Positions 51,298-64,000 of a stretch of DNA of 64,000 nucleotides are shown here, in pieces. Every line of letters begins with the position of its first letter. Within the stretch, counting starts at the first letter, position 1. The notes under the pieces are model-generated. The model was not told the DNA's origin. It ran no database searches and saw only the letters and a list, made by a program, of their open reading frames with translations. The translations under genes were made by a program, and so were the position numbers. The stretch is from Bigelowiella natans CCMP2755 (Eukaryota; Protista; Cercozoa). The DNA is taken from the NCBI GenBank assembly GCA_000320545.1, contig ADNK01002363.1:91145-155144 (forward strand), given 5' to 3'.

Positions 51298-52011
51298 TAT
51301 ATTATATGATTTACTCTCTCTCTGTCTCTGGGATGAAACAGTATAATGTGAACCAATTAATACATTAACTTAAAATTGTCAATCAATGGTTTTTTGAATG
51401 GAAAGAAATCGTTTCACATACTCGGATTAGCCCCAAATTCGAGAAGATGCGTCGCTTGAATCTCATGTCCCTGGGAATATCGTTTCATCATGTGCAAATC
51501 TTACATCTTCCTCATCCCACTTTCTCTCTCTCTCTCTCTCTGTCTCTGTCTGTCTGTCTCTCTCTCTCGCTTATAACACCTCGTTGACAGCAACAAAAAG
51601 AGCTGTGACTTGATTCGTGTCCCTTTTTGCAGTTCCTAGCGAAAGAATCGCATACCACCCATTTGGCAGGGTAAATAAACACACACACATATTACGCGCT
51701 GCTGTCACAGAATTCTATGCTCACGCCTAAGCACACCCACATACGCATGGGGGTTATCATATGCATTATTAATTGCTGCTGCGAGCGAGCACGAAGAAAG
51801 ATAAAGAACTGCTACTACTTCTACTACCTCTTGACACCAAGTTGATATCCGTACTGTTGTGTTGCATAAATATCCGGATCTAACAACAACAGCATGCATT
51901 GAAAGAGTAGTAGTAGGAACAAGGGAAATAATGCACAATTAGAACCATTTATCATTTCCATTGATGTATCTCCTCACAATCTCCTTCCGTTCTCGCGCGC
52001 ACACATGAGTA

Positions 52012-52044
<33 letters not shown>

Positions 52045-53759
52045 TGTGTACACTAACTGACTCTACCTAATATTCTCACCATTTCTGTATTTTTAAGCAG
52101 GAAATAGTAGTGCAACGGTCCAAACCTGCATGTTACAATAAATAATCCAGCAATTTTAGGATAATAATAGGTTCTGCATGCATGCATGTTGTACTCCAAA
52201 ATGTATATACTACAAAATAATGAATTTATTGAACTTATTTTGTTATTCTTTAAGTTACAGATATGAAAGAAGGTTAAAGATAGTTGTAGAACCCGTCTTT
52301 ATCCGTAATATTCGGGTTTGCACCAGCAGCAAGAAGTGTTTTCGCGACTGAGCTGCGATTTGCCCTAACAGCTGACTACGAATGGGAAATGAGGAGGGAA
52401 ATTCCAATAAAGAAGATGAAACAAGAATTACATTGAATAATGTGGAAGAAAGGAAGGAAGGAAAGAGGGGAGAAAACAACGATTAATATCCTTCAGCAAT
52501 CATTAAATATTTTGATGCGAAATTACAATTAGCGGTGTGACTCCGTCACCGTCCTGAAAGTTGACATCCGCTTGAGATTGAAGTAGTACCTATGTATATG
52601 TAGGAGAAATCAGTGTGTAACACATAACACACACCATAACCCATCCTCCTCCTCATCGTTTATAGAGGTGAGTAGTGCATCGTCTTTTTTGTGTTGTGGT
52701 ATGGCATGGCATGGCATATCATAAATCACATTTATCGTATCAACTGAAGAACCGCACACTGCGGCATTCAATAGACAGATACTTCCCGTCCCAGTGCACT
52801 CGTCTGGATCAACCTGTTGAACACACAACATTTTACACCAAAAATGCACAACAATAGACATAAATAGCACGTAATATTATGTAGCGATGTTGGAGTGGCA
52901 TAGAGCTGCTGCTGCTGCTCCTACTACCCCCTTTTCCAGGAGGCTCTTGAGAACATTCGAGTGATTACACATAACTGCTAATTTTCCTGGGCTTATCTGG
53001 TAAATATTAAAAAGACGAAAACAAACGTTCGCACACTCATTTATACAGCACCACATGATAGACGATCACAACAAAAGATTGCATTGCAACCAATTAGTGT
53101 TGATAATTTGTAACAATTGACTTATTTTTGTAAATATTCGATCCTCACTGACCTTACTAATGAGAAATATATTCAATATAGTTGTTCTTGTTGTAGTAAT
53201 AGTTGAGGTAGTAGTAGTAGTGAAAGATTTTGATGATATATAGATTCAAATTATGGACTACTATATCCATATTATTCTGGACTCTGTCGCAACATGATGG
53301 CAATATATGGCATACCAAGTAGTAGTAACAACAAACACACCACCATCATCCATCCCCTGTCATCATAGTAGTAGCCACATTTCCGTTGGCATTAATATAT
53401 ATATAAGCATGATATGACTAGTATTCATGATTTATTGTTTTTTGAAGGGGTACATTATCCAAGGCAGCCTTTCGTAAGTTTGGTCCTGCACGCAAAATTG
53501 CTGGAAGACTACGGGTCGAATTATGCCGCACCTGATAATGAATGAATCAATGAATTCATAAATGTACGTTCAGGGCCAATAATGCCCTTGTTGACGAAAG
53601 TGATTGAAGATGGTGATGGCATATGATAAAATGGATTATGAAGAATATTACGACAACAGAAAAAGACAATGTACCGCAACGAGAAGGGGTGTATAACCGT
53701 CGCTATTCATGAATTCCACATCTAAATGAATGAATAATATCAACAAATAATCCAAAGCG

Positions 53760-53801
<42 letters not shown>

Positions 53802-54780
53802 TTGGAATTTAGTGTCCAGCAAATGACATGCATAACTTCACTACAAATTCAATTAATATCAAAAATAACAATCATGACTGAGGGATGTATGTAATATATT
53901 TATTTGTTCCTGCATCATAGTAGCATCACCACATGTATCATTTACTCTTATTATAGCATTAAAGGATGATGCGGTTTCTTCACCTGCTCCAGCTTGTAAT
54001 AAGGCATTTACTATCACTTCGTTGTCGCTCTGCACAATCGTCGTGAGGAAACACGCAAAATGTAATGATTAACATTGTATGAGACGAAATGATGTTAAAA
54101 CATTGTACAGTATACATATATATAAATATATATACATTAGATTTGTAATTTGAAAACAACAAATCACACAGTCTAAATCGTGTCTACAACACATGATGAA
54201 TTATATTCTTGAAAATCATCGACATCTGAAAGAATCTAATTGCTGACAGGATAGAACTCGTCCATGCGTGAGTTAACCAATCAGGTAGTTTTTTGTTATT
54301 GAGAAATCAAAAATCTTTCAGACAGAAACATTTTCATAATATTCATTTAATAATCTCATGTGCGCGCGCGCGCGCGCACACACACACACAAACTACTACA
54401 GCCTCTACGCGTGTGATATTTTTTGTATGAAGATCATCTAAACCTGGGTGGCAGCTAACAATGGAGTTGCTCCATTCCGAGCAATTGTATCAAGCTAAAA
54501 TATGTAAAAAACAAATCAAGATAGCACTATTATTTCCTTAATTTTTATATTATTATTATTATTATTACTATTATTCATTGCATCAATTTATAAGCAATGG
54601 TGTTGGAAGGAAGCTCCAAGTCAAAGCAAAGTTGGTGTATAACAACTATATTACACACCACCACCTCTGCTCCTGCACGAATGACTGAGAGAGCGATTTC
54701 GGATGAATTTCTTACGCATGCTATTAATAGAGGCGTCACCCTACGATATAGTAAATCAAATGTATATGCATGTACACACA

Positions 54781-54821
<41 letters not shown>

Positions 54822-55687
54822 TGATATCATCTAAAAGGAATTATGATGATGACGAAGAAATAACGATGATGATGATGATGATAATGATGTGTTGTAAACA
54901 ATGACTTTCTTCACGAACTACATACAAACTCCCTTCTTCTTTTTCTTCTTTATCAACCCATGAATATTGGCCGCAGAGGCATCAGCACCAGCTTCCAGTA
55001 GCATATTTACTACGTCAACGTGACCACTCTATTGTATGCAAACAAATTTTAGCACTTCACACAATCTGACGACAGAATCGTGCGAGATCGCACAAGATAA
55101 TTTGGAAGCAGCCTTACGTTTTTGCTACTTTTATTTTTCAAAGGGGGAATATAAGAACACGACAATAAATTAAATATGGGTATCACACATAAGTGTCAAT
55201 AAATGCATTCATTATTGTTTATATTCTTCGAAAAATTGACTACAAAGACAATAGCATGAATGATAATTTGTTGACCTTTCATCTATCTACTTCTTACTAC
55301 CTCTACGGCAAGATGCAAGCTCGTAGTCTGATCTACCCTGTTGGCATTATTCCATCAATCATTATACCAGAGGAAATTATGAGAAAAGAGCAATAAAGAA
55401 GAAAATAAAGCACAATATTTTTCAATCATGTTCAGCGTACACATGTATTTATTTATTAATCCGTACTATGAATGGAATTGTGTTCGAACAAAATGAGTAA
55501 GCCAAATTTAGTAGATAATACATCATCCCTAAGAAGGATTAGTCTTACGGATGTCGCCAGTTTACGTCCGCCTTATATCTTATCAGATGCGAGACCAATT
55601 TCGCAAAACCCTATCATTTATTATTATTGTTTTTTTTTAAAAATAATAAATATCATTGATTTAATTCTGCGCAGATTGCATTAATAT

Positions 55688-55743
<56 letters not shown>

Positions 55744-56052
55744 TCACATGTGTTTTCATTCTTAGTCATGACCTGCTCTGCGGCAATGAATAGTGGCCTG
55801 TCCTCTGCTCCTTGATATGCTGCAAAAATAATAGAGAAGGATTTAAGTAGCGTGTATCGTTATAAACTAACATTTGAACAAATTGTTCACTATCTGTGTA
55901 AGTAAATATTGCTACTTGCATGTTTTAAAGGCAGTAGTGACACAGGCAGTCCTCAGGACCCATCATCATCATCTTTCGAATACTTATTGCATAAGTAGTA
56001 CCATTTGGATTAGCTCCCGCCGATAAGAGTACCTCTGCAACCTATCATTAAT

Positions 56053-56090
<38 letters not shown>

Positions 56091-56276
56091 CAGTGTGTAT
56101 TAAATGCGATGCAAATAAGTACATATAGCACAAACCTCAGCGTTTCCTCGAGCCGCGCAATGCATTAGCACAGATCCCGATCCTGAAAGAATGAAATAAG
56201 CAGTGGCGATGTGCGAGGATATAAATAAATACCGTAACTATATTTCTCATTTTTCTTATTTTGTGGTAATATTATA

Positions 56277-56332
<56 letters not shown>

Positions 56333-58176
56333 TATCATCACTAACAAAAACACAATGGCATGCTACTATGCATTATGAGCATAACAAATTGGAGAAATGC
56401 CGATAGACAAGCACCGTCTTGGTAATAGCCGGGATCCTGTTAGTATGAATGACATCATTTCAAGGTATTAGTATATCTATCATATTATGCTCATTTTCGA
56501 TCTGCTGTATGATGTTTCGAAATTACCGCGCCTTTCTGAATGAGAAGTCTCACCATCTCAGAGTTATCTAAGCAAATAATGAGTAAAGAAAGTAAATAAC
56601 ATTATAATACTATTTGTAACTCGATATCATCACCACAGGTACTCTAATTCCAAATATTTCTCCTCCTCCTCCTCCTCCTCCTCTTCCTCCTATTATTACT
56701 CTTGTGCACTGCAACGTGCAATGGAGACACTCCCCCGGCTACCATCACGTTTGGGTCTGCACCGTGCTCGACTAAATACTACCAAAGTATCGGCAACAAC
56801 AAACACAACAACTTTAAAAAAAATACGAATAATAATGACAAATATTTTGTTGCCAAAATGTCGGCAAATACAGCGAATTAAGTGGCGATGTTTCCTATTC
56901 TCCTTGTGTATTGGGGGTGGTAAAAAAACTCTGCGGTATTAGATTCCTATGCATGTAGAATAAATTACTTCGACGATAGGAAGATTTTCTAATTGAACGG
57001 CCATGATAAGAGGGGGGACTGTTTCGTCTGTCTCGTCGTTTCCCTTGATTTCCGCGCCTCAACAACACATTGCCATATGATCATCATTAGCGCACACACG
57101 CATGCACATACACAAGCGTATGCATCTATTTACATACATAGAAAATTATTTGATCTCATTTCTTACTCATTTCTTCTCCAAATATATCATCACCATCCTT
57201 ACTCTCACTATTTATTATTCATGGAATAATACCGTACTCTACGAGCATCTTTACAGAATCTAGGTTCAACGATTGTATAGCCATGATTATCGGTGTTGCT
57301 AATCGTGTAATATAATGTATACACACCACATACGAATATTCTGCTTAATAAGTTAACGAACGAACACCCACATAAATATGATATGAAAGATATTGTTAAA
57401 ATGTTCTATTATATTGAATATGAGTGATGGTCTACTCAAGAATTCTTCCCTCTCTTTCCTCTCTCAGAATAGGTTCGCATCACAATTAATATTTTATGAG
57501 AATATTCTTCATTTAACTGTGGTGATAAGACTAATAAATGAATACATATATAGTTGGAAAAACAGCAAAAAGCTAATACAACAACAACTAACCTCCAGAT
57601 GATGGCACACGTGCGTTCGGATCGGCACCGCGCTCAAGAAGCTCCTCAATTATGTTACCTTACGATTAATAAAAACATTTAGTGCTTTGGCTTTGCTCTG
57701 GATTCGATCAATTATCGGTGATAATTGGTTCAAAACCATCAACGCTAAATAACTGATGACGCAAGGAACGATGATGGATCACTTTAGCAAACATGATGAG
57801 GATGATGATAGTGATAATAACGACGAATAGCTGCTGTTTTTCGTTTTAATTCAGTCCAGAAGAGAGTACTAACCCGGTCTATCATAATTCTTTTTAAAGT
57901 AACTCCATTTTTCTTTGTGTTTTTTTTATTTTTTCTTCTAACATCACTTACTTCTCCCCCCCTGGCACGCAACGAAGAGAGGGGTTAGACCACTCGTCTT
58001 TTAGTATAAATTGTCATTGCATTACATGCTCAGATCAGTGCAGCAAGTCATCATATTGACATGTTGCTGTTGTTATTGTTAAAAATGATAATTATGATTA
58101 CGAGAAAATGGTGATGTTTGGCTCAAAGCAATTTTGTCTTCAATAACACACACACACATCCATAAATATGTATAAT

Positions 58177-58236
<60 letters not shown>

Positions 58237-58431
58237 TTATTTATATAAGCGTGTATATATTTAATGTCTCTAGTTCCAAATTCAATTTTAATTGCCTCGC
58301 ATCATCACCATTCGGGCGTCGATGCTGGGCCCTTTCCCAAGAATCTGCATCACAATGCCTGCGATGTAATCATGAGAATCCATTTTTACAATATTATATG
58401 CATGATGATTACTGATGATCAAACGTACACA

Positions 58432-58468
<37 letters not shown>

Positions 58469-58501
58469 ATATGTAAAGATAGAGAAGAGGGAAGGAGAAA
58501 G

Positions 58502-58556
<55 letters not shown>

Positions 58557-58668
58557 TCTGCAAATATTTTATTATTTTAGTTTGTGAATATCATCATCAT
58601 ATGTATCAATCAAGCCATGATTTCTCCTCCTCATTATTCCCTCCTCCCCTCCTGCATAACTTGTGCAG

Positions 58669-58713
<45 letters not shown>

Positions 58714-59785
58714 GTAGGATGACTCTAAGCATGCGACATGTAGTGCGGTGGATCCATCGTGCCTTAAGATAATGATATATATCTATATTTGACAGATAAT
58801 GTAATCAAATAGATTCAATAATGTACGTTTCAAACTACATCGTGAAAGAAGGGAAGCGCAACCAATCATTGGCGTTTTGCGACAAGTAGAATTAACGCCA
58901 ATTGTGCAAAAGGCCACGGGAAAATGATTCGTGTGGAAATAAGTTTGTAGCTATATTTTACTATGAAAACCATCGATGTATCAACATGTAATATCTATGT
59001 TCATCGATAGTAACACACACACACACACACAACTTCATTAATGTTTGAATATGAGGTTCTGTGTTTATAAGCTCTTATCATATCAGTCGTATAATATTCA
59101 AGTAATTAGTATATATGCAGCATGTTGTATCATCATCAATCTTTCCACCTTTGCAAGTGAACGTCTGCTCCTCTTTCAATGAGCATTCTGACTGCGGCTT
59201 GATGACTATGACGCACAGCTAATAACAGGCTGGTGATGTTATCTCGCATACGCCTACATGTGGTTGTTGGTATGTGTGGTTGGTACGTGGGGAAGAATAA
59301 CCGATATACAAAAGTAGTAAAGAGAAGAAGGCCACTATCTAGATGGAAGCTGATATACCATGTGATAATATTGATGGTAATGGTGATGATGATGATGATG
59401 ATTACGATGGATGGTGGGGTAAAACACATCATATGCTCTGTACTGGCATGAACGACCGCAAATTGAGCGGTGAGTAAAAATAACCTTGCATTTGGATCGG
59501 CCCCAGCATCAAGAAGCGCTCGCATTATCGCCATGGACGCCTCCTGATGATGATGATGGTCATAACAGGCAAAATGCTTGAGAACTCCACATCACGATGG
59601 TCTTCTGGGGGATAAGATCTTCATGATATTTTCGTATTGGATGCTAGTTTACATACAATTGAAAATCGTAGTAAAAATTAGCTGTAGCACTTGATTCGAT
59701 GATTAGTAGTATGAATGTATATGTGATAATTATAATAGTGCACATACATCATCATACGTATGCATGTATATTATTAATACATATG

Positions 59786-59816
<31 letters not shown>

Positions 59817-60931
59817 CTCTTGATCAATGACCGTGGCGTTCAGTAACGTCTCTGTGGCCAATACCAATGCTGGAGTAGCAAGTTCAGTAGCAGCAGCAGC
59901 TGTACTACTGCTATCAGTTAGTAGTAGGTTCTCCTTGTAGTTAGTAGTAGCATTATGTTAGGTTATTTGATTCGACAACAATGAATCATCTCATATATGT
60001 GTGCGTTATGTTTTGTGTGTGTGATTATATCATTATATCATTGTCATCATCTGCCACTACTACTACTTCTCCTACAACTTGTCATAATTTTATCTCACCA
60101 TTTTTACTACATTTTTTCATTTTCTCCTACTCGTGTTAGTCAGTAAGTTAGTCACCACCTTGTCGAGATGATGATTATTCTTTTTATTTAGATCACAGAG
60201 TTGCTGCGATTTTGTTGCATTTGCCATAGCTGCTGCATAATTTTTTGCAGGCTCATTTGGATCGACTCCGAGTTGTAGAAATAGTTTGACAGCCTAGTGA
60301 AATGATGATGGAAGATGTCGTGGTGCGACCACGATATGTGTTAGATATTCATCATCATATTTGTATTTATACCTTGTATAATATGTATATGAATAGTGTG
60401 CTATAAATGAGGTTATTGAGTTTATAGGTACATGTATCTACTGATCTAACTAAATATTGGTCTGTTTTTTACGAAGGAAGAACCTCTTCTCGTCGTGCCT
60501 TGATGAGCGACAATAGTGTGCCCTGCTTCCTGACCTATTTTGCCAATGGTTATTAATGATAATGCATTAGCATTAGCAATGATGATGAGAATGATGATGA
60601 TGATGATGATGATGATGGTGATGATGACGATGATGATGCTGTTAATAATAATGCACTGGCTTGCATTACCGATGATGAGAACGATGACGATGATGATGAT
60701 GATGATAATGATGATGATGATAATGATGATGAGCGCTACTAGCTAGTGCCAGAAAATTCCAAAATATGAAAATGGGTTAAATAACACATATCATCATCAT
60801 CATCATTATCACCATTATCATCATAGCTAAGTAGTAGTACCCCGATATCCTGCGTAATAGACGCACCAGCCTTGAGAAGAACTGAAACGCACTAATGTTG
60901 TTGATCAAGGAAGAGAAAAATAAAAAGAGAA

Positions 60932-60973
<42 letters not shown>

Positions 60974-61825
60974 GAAAGTTATTCTACTACGTAAGTTCTC
61001 TATCCTATTCTTGTGGCATTTTATTATGCAGCACAACAACAGCAATAACAACAACAACTCCAACAACAGCAACATCCATAAACCCATTAATCTTCCTGTT
61101 CTTCTTCTTCTTCTTTTTCTTCTTCTTCTTCTTTTTCTTCTCATCATTAAAAACATTGTTATCATCATCTTTTCTATTTATTTATTATTATATTGATCTC
61201 ACTTCCATACGATCAAGCCGAATCGCTAAGGACATAACAGATAGCTGAAGGAAGAGAGCATACGCACATAGATAGATAGTTAGGTAGATAGTATGTATGT
61301 GTATTATCATTATTTATTATTATTATTAATTATTATTATTATTATGCGCGTACAGATTATTATATCTTCTCTGTTTGTTGTCATTTCAAGTGTTTTTGCT
61401 CATCCATGTGGAGCTTGCTAGCTAGCTGGTTGGTTTTCTCGTTGATACTTTCTTCTTTGAGAAAATAAAGAAACCCGCAGAATTGATATTATTTATTACC
61501 GATTTCGGATTAGGGCCTTTGTAATTCTTATCAGCCTAATGAAATGAAATGAGTCAATCACATGTTAAATCACATAAATGTTAACTCAATGGATGTAAAC
61601 AATAATAATAATGATTGCTATTATAATAGTAGTGAATAATATATCTAGCAGTACTTATACACGCTCACCCCATATTTTAGCAAAATCTCGCATAATTTCG
61701 GAGAATTCTGCCGAACAGCGACGTGCAATGGCGTGATGTCTTGCTCCTACATACAGATTTTAATAAGAATAATAGAAGAATTAGGAGGGGGGGAGGGCAA
61801 GAAGATAATATATGCGTAATTGGTG

Positions 61826-61863
<38 letters not shown>

Positions 61864-62602
61864 ATGTATTGAGTAATGTTGAGCAAGCACGTACACATAT
61901 TTAGAATATATATTTTCATGTGTATGTGTATTACTCTGACGAACTCATCTATGATCGCAAAGAAGAAGAAGAAGAAAAAGAAGAAGGGAAAAAAACCAGG
62001 ATGTGTGTTCATGATGATAACGATGATATACAACGATGATATACAACGATGATATACTCGCTTACTGACTGACTACTCACTGACCCCTTTCGGCATGAAG
62101 TTTGGCGATGATGCTCCTGTGATTGATTGATTGCATCATCAAAGATAAATGAAAGGAGGAGGAGGAGGAGGAGGAGGGAAAAGCGAGATTAGTCGTGATT
62201 GATTGATCATAAGAAGAAAATAATGTTGAGGTACTACATGTATATACTATATACAACAATAAAGCAGCATAGCATTTGCTTCCTTCTCTTCTGTCTCTTT
62301 CTCCATTTCTGATACTAATACTCCTCTTTACTTCAAATTGATGATGATATACTACTACTACTACTACTACTAGAATCCCCACCTGATTTGAGCATGAATT
62401 CGACTAATGCTTCCCTCCACGATAGAACGAAGTAGGATCGTATTATTCTTTATAATAGGTGTCAGTAGTATGTGCATGGTTTTGTTTTTTGGGGGGGGGG
62501 GGGGTCGTTAGGATATGGATTGTCGTTCTGCCGCTTATTCTTATTGATGTCATGAATCATAAATTGGCTACTATTAGCGATGATGATAATAATAATGAGT
62601 AC

Positions 62603-62640
<38 letters not shown>

Positions 62641-63136
62641 GGTTAGATATAAATGATGATGATGATGATGATGGTAGTAGTAGTAGTAGTAATAATGGTG
62701 ATGAGCATGAATCAGGATCTTTCAACTTACATGTTCCGCCAAATCGCATCGATAAGAGGTGTGGCCTTCAGGGCAATCACTACACACACGCGCACAAAAC
62801 AAATACATAGAAACGAGAGAGAGAATGAGAGAATGAGAGAGAAAATACCCGACAAAATACAACATAACAACAACTACTACTACTACTACTACTATTACTA
62901 CTACTACAACGACGACACATTTTTCGAAAGATACGTAGTACCGTTGATAATTTGATTAAACAACAGCTATAGGCACCAACTGGCATGCTATTAATACGAA
63001 TATTTTTAGAATTGATTCCTGGTATTATTATTGACCTTTCTTCTTTGTTGTTCTCTGGTTGCTCGTAAGATGTTGTTTTCTCATACTATCATCTGAGTTG
63101 TTCTCACGGTAGTAGTACCTGGCAATAAACAAGAGT

Positions 63137-63171
<35 letters not shown>

Positions 63172-63800
63172 AGGGAGGCGATGAAGTTGTATGCTTATCA
63201 ACGAAAAGATTGTGATAATTAGGGGATAATTAGGGGTAATGATGCTGATAGTTACGGTGGTGGTGGTGGTGGTGGTGGTGGTGGTGGTGGTTGAAATATT
63301 GGAGGCAATAAAGATAAGCAAAGGAGTAATACATCGGAAAGAGAAGAAGAAGAAGAGAAGAAGAAGAAGAAGAAGGAGAAGGCGGAGGAGGTTTATGATG
63401 ATGATGATATTGATGAAATATAAAAGAATTTCGGCAATGTTACCACACAACACACAACATAACATACACGCAATATTTAACATCAACAAACTCTAAGCAA
63501 CAAATCATCAACTAATCTTGATTTCCAGATAACTAGTAATATTTAGATACTACACGGATTATAGTTTTTATCCTACAAGCAACTCTGGATGGGCAGGAAG
63601 AAGAAGATCAAGAAGAAGAAAAGGAAACAACTTTTATTATCATCATCATCATCATCATCATCGTCATCAAGATCATCATTACTCGTTCTCTTCGCTCCCT
63701 GTCTCAAAGAAGTCATCATCAGCATCTGTTAAGCCTTCTTCCTCTTCCGATGATGATATCGTAAATCCAATTCCACGGTTACAACTAGTAGCCTTGAGGA
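48812..63800 (-). CDS. Long ankyrin-repeat protein, dozens of small exons, C-terminal CaaX; 5' end uncertain and possibly beyond the window
   Basis: Exons such as DYSGWTPLMWASARGN, VQYLLEKG, DGYTPLLVA, NGATPLLAA, VVNMLLEAGADASA, GVSPLHVAVH, IIEELLERGADPNAR, ALLDAGADPNAR and LLVDNSADMTILDKQGKTPED...NCCLFS*. Confidence 0.85.
60570..60735. repeat. (GAT)n intronic microsatellite array
   Basis: Two imperfect (ATG)n tracts in an ankyrin-gene intron. Confidence 0.85.
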
Positions 63801-64000
63801 GGAAGAGGAGGAGAAGGAGGGGGAAGGAGAAAAGAACAGAGTAAAATAATAATACAGCAGGAGGATATTGATAAAGATGGGGACGAGTGGAAAAAAAAAT
63901 AAAATGCAGTAATAAGTTTGTTCTTATTGTACATTTTTCTTCTTTCATTATTATCATCATCAACATAACTTTCTAGGAGAAAGCTGCTATTACTACTGCC

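Noticed and set aside
1-64000. tRNA, rRNA or CRISPR loci
   Set aside because: None recognisable by eye; a tRNAscan-SE or Infernal run is needed to exclude small ncRNAs.

Overview
Gene-dense, intron-rich eukaryotic nuclear DNA with GT-AG introns full of microsatellites. The bipartite leader (signal peptide + transit peptide) on a plastid biogenesis protein (CCB1) points to an alga with a secondary plastid, most plausibly a chlorarachniophyte (inference). Twelve protein genes were spliced by eye: the MCCC2 3' end, glycine decarboxylase P-protein, a plastid-type TPR/TM protein, a calcyphosin-like EF-hand protein, an unknown large multi-exon gene, an LRR protein, CCB1, a GGCT-fold-like conserved protein, an intronless nucleotide-sugar transporter, ovothiol synthase OvoA, a dual-specificity phosphatase and a long ankyrin-repeat protein ending in CaaX. 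The most striking signal is non-genic. Discrete intergenic islands have almost lost the dinucleotide TpA (none in 1857-2372 or 44735-45809), the survivors sit mostly in CTAG, and CA/TG/CG are abundant. Two homologous repeat copies differ by reciprocal CA/TG swaps. This suggests a localized, context-specific TpA->TpG/CpA (A->G) hypermutation process, opposite in direction to fungal RIP. All counts and exon boundaries are manual.
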